From NCBI GenBank assembly GCA_976226885.1, contig OZ320322.1, positions 42,966,001-43,030,000 on the forward strand: a stretch of 64,000 nt of DNA, written 5' to 3'. Below the pieces are notes generated by a model. The model ran no database searches and was not told where the DNA came from. It saw only the letters and a program-made list of their open reading frames with translations. Position 1 is the stretch's first letter. Each line of letters starts with the position of its first letter. Shown one piece after another: positions 12,783 to 24,090 of this stretch. This stretch comes from Iphione sp. A-MEVVRFRX5. Taxonomy: Eukaryota. The position numbers and the translations under genes were made by a program.

Positions 12783-14696
12783 ATGTCGGATCAGTTCAGT
12801 AGCAGTGATAATGATTGGGAAGAAGATCTCCCCCTGGAGACATTGAGACTTCTTGACAGTGTGGAGAGAAATGTGGGAGATGACAATGATTCATCATCAT
12901 CAAGTGATGGGGAAGAGGAGATTATGGATCCTGATCCTCCTTCCCCTCACAAGAGAAGAACCACCATAAGCAATTACAGAAAATGGGTGAGATTTGGCAA
13001 AGTTATCAAGAAGACTCCTCCAGTGCCATCATTTGACGACAGTAAATGTGGGATCCAGGATACAGTGGATTTGGCAAAGACAACCACCCCAATGGATTTC
13101 TTCTCACTTGTTTTGACCATAGGCTTCATCAAGGAGGATCTCGTTCGACACACCAATGAGTATGCAGAGATGAAATGACAGGAAGAGCCAGAAAAACACA
13201 AAACCAAGTGGTCAAAGGTTACAGTTGAGGAGCTGATTCATTTTCTGGGTTTAACATTCCTTATTGGAGTGGTGAGGAAACCTGATATAAAAAGCTACTG
13301 GAGCCTGATGATCAAGCTGGCAATGCCCATCTTCAACTGAGTAATCTCTTGTGACCAATTCCTGGCAATTCTTAGGTAACTGTAATCAAATAACATCAAT
13401 ATGTCATTTTCTCCTGAGATAATCATATGAATATGTTCTATATTATGTTGTGAGTATTTTTCTTCTACCAGATACCTCTAATATGTCTATAATTCATGTT
13501 TTTCTACAGGTACATCAACTTTGGAAGTGATGTCAGACGTCAACAAGATGACGGTGACAACCGACCCATGACATCAACTCCCCAATCACACAGAAGTGCT
13601 ACCGTCAACAAGGTTTCATGGATTTTCAAATTATTCAATCAGATAGCCACAAGTGTCTATAAACCAAAGGAAGATCTTGCCATAGATGAGTCCATGGTAT
13701 AGCAAATGGGGAAATGCAAATATGTCCAGTGCATGCCTAAAAATCTACTTGTCGGGGACTCAAATGCTTTGTGCTAGGTGAAAGTATCACTGGTTACATT
13801 CTTCAAATCATGCCATATTTTGGCAGAGATGAACAGGGACCAACTAATTTGTATGAGAATGTTGTACTGAAATTACTAAAGGCTGCTGATGTTCTTGGCA
13901 AAAATCACAAATTGTACATGGACAATTATTATTCCTCTGTAAGCATGTTCGATCATCTCGTTGCTCTAGGAGTCTACTGTTGTGGAACATTGAGGCTAAA
14001 CAGAAAGAATTTGCCCCATACTCTAATGGTAAAAAAACATCCAGAATTGAAGTCAAGGGGACAGGTTATTTTCTCAAAGAGTCTAGACCTAATGCTTACT
14101 GTGTGGAAGGATAGGAAAATTGTACATCTACTATCATCTTTCCATGGTTCCATGATGTCCACAGTAAAACGAACAATGCAGTGTCTGGATACTGGTAAAT
14201 ACAGCAAAGGAGAAGTTGCCTGTCCTGATGCTATCAGAGACTATAGTAAAAAAATGGGAGCCATTGATCTTGCTGATCAAATGTATCAGTATTATCGCTT
14301 TGGATGTAAATCACATAAATGGACAAAAGAGTTGTTTTGGTTTTGTCTGGAGATGATGAAATTGAATTCTTTCATTATGTATAAGTCTACAGCCACGAAA
14401 AAGGTATCCCTGTTATCCTTCACAGTGCAACTGGTTCATTCTATGGTCATGTATGGTAATGTCACTGTAAGTCCATCCCTTGACCAAACAGACTCACATC
14501 TCATTGTTTCCCAGCTGATTTGAAGAGAAAATTATTCTGCAGGGTATGTTACCAGAGATATACTTCAGGCCAGCAAGCTAGTTGTCTTCAGACTTGATAC
14601 GGTTGTGCCCAGTGCAATGCTCATCTCTGTCTACCCCAGTGTTTTACCACCTATCACACTGTTGAACACTATGAGAATGTACCAAACAATGTCTAA
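12783..14696 (+). pseudogene. piggyBac (PGBD4-like) transposase pseudogene with one predicted intron at 13376-13509
   Basis: W..VT.EE..HFLGL..YWS, IDESMV, MDNYY and AIDLAD (three catalytic Asp positions), plus a C-terminal Cys-rich domain CRVC..CAQCNAHLC..CF. In-frame stops at 13176, 13338 and 13700 and at least two frameshifts. Confidence 0.9.
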
Positions 14697-16239
14697 GAAA
14701 TATTCCTGTGAGTCTTTGACATGATGGAATAAACTGAAGAGAAATTGAAATCACTCACTTGTGTCTTCTGTTACAGTGTGGACATATCCATAGTGCTTAT
14801 ATGTCTGAATCAGGCAAATCCATCCAACAGTAAAATAATATTACTTCAGGAAGAATGCATATTATTTATAATGTTATCCATTTTTTCCTAAATCCATAGT
14901 CAAGTGGTAATATCCTCAATATCCACACAAAATAATTCTGATAGTGAGCCACGTGTAGAGAATTTGGTTATGTAATATGTTATCCACTCCATAATAATCC
15001 AGAATGTAAGAGAAATACAAATAATTCCACATATATCCATAGCAAGATGAAATCATTATTTCCTCCTGAATAAATAATCCACAATGTCTGCAGATGTCAT
15101 ATCCAAAATTATTCCAATTTCCTATAAATACCCACTAAAGTTACACTCTACGATTTGCATGATGCAACAGTAAAGTTGGGTGTTGCCCTCTACAGAGATG
15201 TGGCTGTACTACCAGTCCACCGTGATGTAATGTCATGGACTGATAGGTGGCCGCCTGGAATGGGTTAATATCGAAAAGTAGCAACTTTGTTCACTGAGAG
15301 GCATTTGTTGATTTGGTAGGAAGATACAGGTGCCAGTAGTTCATCTGCAAAGAGATGGTAAAAGGATAAAAAAAATAGGTTAAAAAAGCTCTTAAGATGT
15401 CTCTTGAACGCAGTCCAGGTGGTAAAGCATTCCACAATGATGTACCCCTGTAAATGAAGCATTTTTTGTACGTATTCGCCTTTTTAAAGAATAATGACTA
15501 GAATACCACCCACATTAATTATGCTCCTTCTCTCTGTCTTACAGAAATTGAATTTTGTTTATCTATCTCTCACTACAATGTTCTTCTGGCATCATTGGTG
15601 GAAGCAAATGCAAAAAGGCTTTGCAGTAGCCAAAGTGAAAAGTGATAGAAAACACAAAATAAAAGCTCCAGAATTTCACAAGAGTATGATGCAGAGCATT
15701 CTGATCTGCTCGATCAGAAGCAACAACAATTAGTTCAAGACCTAGAACACAGAAAATACATGTATATATACAGTTTCTCATCACAGGGTAACAGCTTCGT
15801 GAGGGTTAACAGTTAATTTTGTAGCATTGTTGCAGGGCGGGTTTACATAATTGGAACACAGGAATTGTAGGGACATTGAGGATCCACATGAGTGATATGT
15901 TAGTTCCTCACGACTATGGACTGAGGTAGGTTGCCACATGGTGGGGTGAGAGGGTATCATAAGGTTGTTCAGGGAGAGCAATTACACTTTACTAGTAGTG
16001 TGTGTGTTTGGGGGGAAGGGAGTGTGCAGCAGTTGATGGAATCAGTGAGTGACTGGTAACTGGTGGGTCTCAGGAGCCTTGAGGTGGTAATTGGACCACA
16101 TATCAGGGGTGGGAGTGTTGGGACGGAGGGCTGAAGCGGAGGGCGGTGTGAGAGCTCAGTGAGCTTGTGTGGCTGCTATCCACACCTGGCGTAGGTTCAT
16201 TAAGTCTTGCTTGGGCTGGCTGGGGCATGGCGGGATGCC

Positions 16240-16860
16240 TTGGCCCATTATTAGGATATCGACATGAAAACAAAGGCATTGAAAACCTTTTTCATAGTTC
16301 TAATATCACAAATCGTCGAATATCAGATCATACTGAGAAGCCTTTCCGAAGCACATGTATTTTCTTTTTCTTATTTACCAAAATACCATTTGCCCTATAC
16401 CAATTACAAATATTAGATAAAGTAAGGCCAAAGCACTCGCTCCCCATTTGCGTGCAGTACTTAAAATCATCAGTATATCAATACGGTTTACCAGGAAATG
16501 CATGAACAACAATGTCATTTAACATCAATAAAAAAACGCAGGGACCCAATAGGTCTCTGTAGAACACCAGTCAAACATCTTTGAGAGGATTCTTAAAACC
16601 ATTACAAACTACTTATTGTAACCATGATAAAAGATATGATTTAAGTCATTCATTCCGTTCTACCCATGACTATAGTTTTTTTTAATGAAAATACTGTAGT
16701 CTAAAAGAAAATTGCTTTAGACCTTTGTCCGGGTATACATATGATACATAATGCACTGACGTTCTCAAAAAGGTCTTTCAATAATGCACCACATGCTACA
16801 GTTGTTCAATTACCTGCCCTAAATCCACACCGCCAATCGGTGAAGAGACGAGTGGCAGTT
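16240..16860 (-). mobile_element. LINE (CR1/L2-like) RT fragment
   Basis: TGVLQRPIGSLRFFI (cf. GVPQGSILGPLLF) followed by YTDD (cf. YADD). Confidence 0.6.
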
Positions 16861-19808
16861 GCAAACTTGGATATTTACTAGACGCTTTGTCATTTTACAA
16901 TAAACCATAGAGCTCAGACTTGACTTGTGGTACTTATTCGCATTAAACTATGGCTCCTAATAACACACAGGTAACTGGTTTGAGAGAATGCTACTTGATA
17001 GGTAATAGAATGGTCTGACAATAGTGGGACAAAACAGAAAATGTGGAAATTGGTTTGGAAAGGAAACAGTGTGAATTCCCTCACTCAGCCTATGAATTTA
17101 AACACATGGAACTCTGTGAATTCGCTCACTCAGTCCATGTATGTAAACACATCTTTGAATAAATAAATCACAATGTCATCCTTATTTTTCATCTTTGCGT
17201 ATGGACTAACAGCAAAGATCTGTTCACAGACTATAACAGTCATTATCCACAGGAAACGTCGGTAACTAATGAAGTAAGCTAACTAATTGTCACCCTTTCC
17301 TTATGCTTAATGATACTACAAATCTTCCATCGAAAGAAAAGCGTCAGACCTGATGGCGTGTTACAATGCGGGCACTCACTGCCCGGCAATCAAGTTCTCT
17401 GGTATGAACACATGTAAATGATAGTGCTGGCTTCATCCATATCTCAAGGTATACGTCAGTCTTGTCCATGAATTGATATTGCTATTCATGGTATATTATT
17501 ATTATTAAGGACCGTCATTACTGCTATTCCATTATAACAAGGACTCGATAGATAATTTCCCTTAGGCACACATCTTTTGGTTGCAATTAAATAGAATACA
17601 TTAATGAATACTTCTAATAGTCTTTAAACAAGAAGAAGCGCATTGCCATTGTGTCAGCTCTGAATTTACTGACTTTATGGACGTCAGTGATTACCCGGCT
17701 ATTTGCTCCTAAGAACAATGGCGTTATAAAAAGATAGGACACCATTACAGTGTCGACAAAATAGACATATTAGAGTGTATTTACATCACGAAAATGTTAA
17801 ATAGCATACAACACGTACCAGTGCAACTGAATCTTTTCGTTTTGAGCTTTATGTTACTAACCCATCCTTGGATCACCCGGGAAGCAAGTCAGGCTCTTAT
17901 TACAACTTCTTGTTTAGCCCCGCTCATCTCGGCATGTGGATCTAAGCTCATCGGGTACTAGTACAAATAATTGATGGTGAAAAAAAAGAACATAACCGGA
18001 GACCAGTAGAGTGACTATGAATGACACTGTGTACGACGTCTTGCAAGTCTGCCAGCGCAGACATCCCACACGACATGATCCGCCAGTGTTTGCTACTGTC
18101 ATCGTCTTGTGATCTGACTGTGATGGTGAATGCTTAACGTGCAATAATATCTCCGCTTACAATCATTTCGGTATTGCAGTCCCGCTATCCACCTTATATT
18201 TTATGCTTCCTGTTTTCCCCCAAAGGATTGACAGTTATACTACATGAATCCTATAAAGCTATATACATATTTTTTTTAATTCGGATTTGGTATGTGCCTG
18301 CATGTCTGTATGTCGTACGAAGTAATGGTGTATCTCTTTTGCAAATGAACAAAACTTTGAAAATGGCAGTGTGCACATTGGCCGTCCTGCGTTCAATTTC
18401 CCGAAGCAATGTCTTTCTCCACTTCTCAAATAGGGAGGCTATCTTCGTTCACTTATTCTAATTTCCTGCTGGAACAGTGCAGTATCACGAACAGGTTTTC
18501 TTCCTAATGTGTTGTTGTCGGTAGAAACGCCCATATTTTCCTGTGATGACCGTGTATGTGCGGCGCCTGAAGAAGCATTTAAACAAGGGAGAATTGCACA
18601 AAATTTATGTGTGTGTGTTTGGGGGGGGGGGTACTATTTCAGGATGATACCAATAAACCAGATAGTTTTTTTATCGCCTTCCGTTTATCTGGCCAAGTCA
18701 CAGGTACTTCTGATTGTCTGTTGTAGCCGTCCTCATACCACCAGCTCCCGCCCTCACCCCAGCAGGCGGCGCCACCCTCTGCTGACCCGCATGTCTAATA
18801 AGACCGGCAGTGTTTTTCATCACGCCCCTGTCTGGTCTGGAATTCACAACAAGTAGCGGCAGTATTGCAAATACGCCCCCTTCGCGTATAAACAGTAATG
18901 TCCGGCTGCGATTGTCGACATCCCATAATATGCGTAGAGATGAGGCGAAACTTTGGTGGCGGACCTGATACATCTGTATGGGGAGACGATTTATAGAAAG
19001 GCTTGGTTTATGGGGGGGGGCATCGGTTTATGGGGGGGCGGTATATGGGGACATAATTTAGGGGGAGACTGTGTTTTGAGAAAGACTCAGTTCAAAGGTA
19101 CGATAGGGTAACCTAATACTTCAAAACAATCTTTTGTAGAATATACAAAGCCGACAATTGCTATTTTTCTTTTTTAGATTATGTATTTTTCAAACGGATC
19201 TAGTATCCAGAAAACGTAAATTTCTTTATTGCTACTTTCTACCCACCACTGACAAAGACAATGTCACATGCAAACTAAAAGGGTGATAATGTATTATCAA
19301 TTATAAATATGTTTCATATTCATATAATTTACAGAGGTGTGGGTATATGATTCCCTCGGTGCTTATAAATGCTTATAATGGTATCCGCCACAGTTAATAA
19401 AATCCTTAAATATTGAAGCATGAAACTTTTTATCTGTTTACAATATTGTCGATACGTACACAGCGGCACGTGTTTCCTCTGTTTTCTAATGATGGTGCTT
19501 AAAACAATTACCGGTTTTGTATTGCTCGCTATGCTTAGGTAATAACCTCTGAGAACGGACCATCTGATGATAACCGAGCCAAGATAGTCGTATGCCCACA
19601 GTTGTCTTAATAACAGTTATAGCTCGCCCGGAGAAGGTACGGTAAGTGAGGTTTGGGCAAGCTGCATATCATATAACCTTCATAGGTGGTAAGTTGGGTC
19701 ATACAAATCAACCATTCTATATTACAGTTATTATTTAGGTGAGATGTTCATGACAGTTGGGGCATGTTTTTTAAGGTTTACAAGCACCTTCAGCATTTGC
19801 ACTGGGTG

Positions 19809-19964
19809 NNNNNNNNNNNNNNNNNNNNNNNNNNNNNNNNNNNNNNNNNNNNNNNNNNNNNNNNNNNNNNNNNNNNNNNNNNNNNNNNNNNNNNNNNNNN
19901 NNNNNNNNNNNNNNNNNNNNNNNNNNNNNNNNNNNNNNNNNNNNNNNNNNNNNNNNNNNNNNNN
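19809..19964. other. Assembly gap (N run)
   Basis: Directly visible. Confidence 1.
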
Positions 19965-20718
19965 TCCTTCAAGTTTACAACCCTTAGTTCTGTTTGAGTG
20001 GACACACAGGGACATAGGAAAACGTCTGGCCAGGCTTTGAAGTTTACAACCCAGATTTTTTTTTACATTTTTCTTTTTTTTAGTATTTTGTGAAAGAAAA
20101 CATGCCATTGTATATAATTTTAAAAAGTATAAACATAAACATATGAAAGTAAACAAATTATGTAACTTTGAAAATAATTCATACTAATGAGACCTCCTCC
20201 CCATGGCCAGTAATACTTTTGGGTAACGTTTTATTTATGTAGTGTAACAAATATGTCATTTGTCAACACATTGAAAGAAGGGAACAGTTATGTCAGAAAT
20301 TTTCTTTTATATTACAAGGCGTCTACCCTTCCAAACAATCCAGATAACAACACGCATTGAACACGTGTGTGTTTAGACTACACCCATAGATAATCTATGG
20401 ATAGCACAACTGACTCTGTATAGGCACCTGTGATACAAATCAGTCCGCGGCACTAAGTTCAAATTACTCACACTGTAACCCAAAACTGATTGTATTCGGC
20501 ACTTGTAGCAAATGTCTCAATGCCTGTTGCGTACATATAATATTCAGATTGACCTATGCTTCTGCGCCAAGGTTTTTAAGACGACAACACAGCCCTTTGA
20601 CTACCAATGCATGAATGCGTGTGTGTTTGATGCATAAACATAAAGGCATAAACAACCCTACACAACATCGTTGGACTAATATAAGGTTTCTCTTTCATGT
20701 GATGCGGATCAGGCCACG

Positions 20719-20890
20719 ATGTCTATTCGACTGTTCCTTGTTGCCTGCCTTGGTCAGTTCCTCTTGGCGCAGGCACAGGAGTCCTGTAACCCTGGGAAGC
20801 CTTGTCCATCTGGATCACGGTGTCATCCTCATAAGGGTGTGTGTGTAGAGGACCTACCTAATGTGACTGATAGACCAGTAGTCTGGCTAG
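20719..20890 (+). CDS. Sphingomyelinase C-like gene, coding exon 1 (signal peptide + Cys-rich module)
   Basis: MSIRLFLVACLGQFLLAQAQ signal-like segment, then CNPGKPCPSGSRCHPHKGVC. Donor G|GTAGGT at 20891 is phase 1 and compatible with the next exon. An upstream acceptor ATCAG|GCCACGATG suggests a non-coding first exon. Confidence 0.75.
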
Positions 20891-21324
20891 GTAGGTATTG
20901 TGATATACACCTCCAAGGTGTGATACACATTTCAGGTTAATCCAGCGGGAGGATCCAGCATACATCGATCTGACATCTTGTGCTGGAGCGATGTATGTAA
21001 CTGCATCATATGTAACTGCATCATAATGCATAGTAGGTTATTCTTGCAGCTTTTAGTGCTCACCATCTTAGACACATGACAGTATCACACCGATAAATAT
21101 AGATAGTATATATAGGACTTAATGATCAGTATTTTAACGAGATAAGTGTTGTATTGACCTAAGAGTGTATAACCAATACGCAATAGTCCGACTAGAGATA
21201 TTACATAGACCAAAAGGTATATGATTAAAGGGTTTTATGCTGACAGGGGGCTATAAAAAGTTCTTGTAATGTAATTCATCCAAGAGTAGGCTCGTTAGGT
21301 AGTCATCATATTGGTTTAGTCTTA

Positions 21325-21655
21325 GGCCTAAACAAAAAATTGCTGTGTTTCCAGTAATCCGACTGACCCTATATTAGGGACCTGTGTTACTTACTACTTA
21401 CTACTTATTTTTTTCTTGTTTTTTGAATAAATTTAGAATGATTCACAATAGAGACATGTTCTATACACCAAATTGTTCCTTATGTTACAGGCTTTCATTT
21501 TTCATTAAAATCTAACCAGTATAAGTAACATTACCTTATACATCTGTTGCTTGCAGCATCCTTTTACATTAAAAAAAAGAAACAAAAATGTACCCCACTG
21601 ACCGACCCTGTATTTTTTTTAGCTTGTTACCGGAAACACAGAACTTTTTTAGGCC
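21325..21655. mobile_element. PIF/Harbinger-type MITE in sphingomyelinase intron 1
   Basis: Imperfect TIRs GGCCTAAA..AAA.T..TGTGTTTCC.GTAA flanked by a TTA duplication at 21322-21324 and 21656-21658. Confidence 0.75.
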
Positions 21656-23914
21656 TTATTTAGAATTCATTGGGTTTGATCATTTTTCTAGACAGGTAGG
21701 TGTCTTCACGTGAGCGCTTTATAGTTTTGTAGACATGGCTTCACATGGAAATTATCCACGAAATTATTTGCTTAGTCAACCAGATAGGCATTATACTAAG
21801 GTGCAGAATACCAGATGTGATCAGCTATGTATCACATCAGCAAAGGTGCTTTGTTCACTCATTTACTCACAGTTTCATAGGGTAAAACACAGGTGTCATG
21901 TTGATATGGTGCAAGATGAGGTTTTGTATTAAAGTGGGCTTATTAATCAGAGATGTGACTTGAGAATGTCACTCTTGACCGGCAGATATATAAAACCCTA
22001 CGATGAAACAAGTGCTTTAGTAAACAAGAAAAATTTTATAAGCTGTTTTTGGTGATTCATACACTTCTCGTAGAATACAAGGGGTATGAACTGCTACTTG
22101 TCTCACGCAAATCTAACCAGTACTTTTAACTAGCATATTGAGAAAGCAGCAACCATGATTTTATTGGGGGGGGGGAATAAATGCTACGGAAACATAGTAA
22201 AGGAGCCTTTGCTGACATGCTCCTGGCTGGTTGTTTGACGATATGTATCATCTCTGAAGCCAGATGGGAAAAGCTAGGTGCTAGTGCAACTTGGAAAAGA
22301 GACCAAAACAGAGCAACTTGGAAAAGGGGAACGAAAGGTATTTTTTATTCTAGTACGATGTTAGGATTGCCTTAATCCACAACGTGAATGCCTAAGAACG
22401 TAAGTTCACTGACGATGCCTTTACTTTCCTGGTTAGCCCCTTTCGCGATGTAATCTACAGTATCTACGAGGTAGACAAGTACATGTAGTAGGTATCCAAA
22501 ACAAGTGTAACATGATACGTCACTTTGCTGTCGATCGTCCTTCAGCTGAGCTAGTGAGTAGCAGTTTGACCAGAGAAAGAGTTAGGAGCATTCGGCTTGT
22601 CTTACTTGGACGCCGAGATCTGACAGCATCCGTCCATATATCAACACGGTTAAGTTTAATACGAGTATAGTAATGGATGTGCCGAGGCAACTGTACCGCC
22701 TGTCATGCCGGCCACCACGTTCTGAAGAGCCATTGCTGGCTTGATCCCCGTGTGACTACTGCGCTGTATTTCGGGGTCACGTCCTCTCTACCCCCCTGGC
22801 TAGGTTATGGTGTTTCATGGGATAGTCCAACCGATGTTTCCACAACTAATCTTCGATTCAAATAAGAGCAGGCAGAAGGATGAAGAGAAATTTTTAAATT
22901 GTATGTTAGAGCTTGACAGATGAAGATGGAGAGGGTTAAATACAACCAACCCTCCCTATCATTACACACCGAAGCCAGAGAGACTCCTTTCAGATTCTTC
23001 CGGCAACGCATTGCAATTTCCATGTTATTTTTGTATGTATCTTTGTCTGGAATATCCATTAGCCAAAACAAGCTTAAATAATGCTGGCACACCACACATG
23101 CTGATTTTTCCAGCCCTTTTACTGTGAAATTATCACGTTGACGATGGCATGCAAAACTATCTGGAAAGGGAAGGTCTGGCCGTGCTGTCTTCATCGGTGG
23201 TGTTAACGAAGGTTAGAGTGGATAGGGGGATGCAGAGAAGTGGGCAGACGGAGCTAAACACAGTGCTGTTAGATAGAGAAGGTTGTATATTATGTCATAT
23301 TAGATAGGGTTAGTAATAGCTAGGGCAGATAGAGTCAAAGTCCCCTATATGGGTGACAACTTACAAAGAAATGGAAAATGCTGGATAAGCACACACCCAG
23401 AAAAAACTATTTTGATGAATAGTTATTGGGCCTTTTAATTCAATGCGAACCGTTATTTGTCCTCCTAAATATTTGAGAAACGTTATGAAGCAATTTCTGG
23501 TGGTACGCTATCAAAGATCAAGTTCTTGGTGAAGATTTTTCTGCTCCTTTAAGTGCTATGGATGCTTTTAATTCTTGGTGAAGCGTTATAGGCTGTACCC
23601 TGACCCATCCCACCCCTGCAGAATAGGCCAACAAGAACTTATCACCAAGAAATTAATTGCCCCTGAATGATGTTTGTCATTGAAATCCATGGCATGTCTC
23701 TTTCAGTGAATACGGTATTATGGATCAGTGTCTATGGACTTTCAGAAACTCTGCCAGAGCTGATGGATATTCTGAGCTTTCAGCTGACATACGTTGAGAT
23801 TTGCCAGTTTAGCATCCTTCTGAGTTGAATGTGGGGAAATATTGGTGTGTTGGTCCATGCCTCTTTACACTGGTGCTATGATTTGTAGCATTGTATTATT
23901 TCCTGTCATCCTAG

Positions 23915-24090
23915 ACGACACCGACGACCGCTGCGACAGAAGCGAGGAGGATTGTGAATTGTTCGGATTTCAATCCGCTGGAAGCCATCCCAGCGGGAGG
24001 GGAGACACCTGGTGTAAGGAGGGGGAAATAGTGCGCTGTAAAGTGCCGGACGCGCCCCCTACGAAGACTTCTCCTGTAAACGAATTTCGG
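23915..24090 (+). CDS. Sphingomyelinase C-like gene, coding exon 2 (second Cys-rich module + linker)
   Basis: Acceptor TCCTAG|AC and donor CGG|GTGAGT. Encodes DDTDDRCDRSEEDC..WCKEGEIVRC..NEFR, which joins in frame to VMTYNV. Confidence 0.85.

Larger units (their letters stand above)
12451..15264 (+). mobile_element. piggyBac-like element, decayed
   Basis: TTAA|CCC at 12447-12453 and GGG|TTAA at 15262-15268 bracket a PGBD4-like transposase. The two ends match only at the terminal CCC/GGG, so the boundaries are tentative. Confidence 0.75.

Noticed and set aside
17071-17155. Short local tandem duplications (also about 20993-21030, 52265-52355 and 61975-62070)
   Set aside because: Two or three copies each, typical slippage products with no further structure.
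19731-20156. ORFs containing X runs (also at 40137, 47727-48039, 60295-60780 and 62871-63283)
   Set aside because: Artefacts of reading through N gaps.
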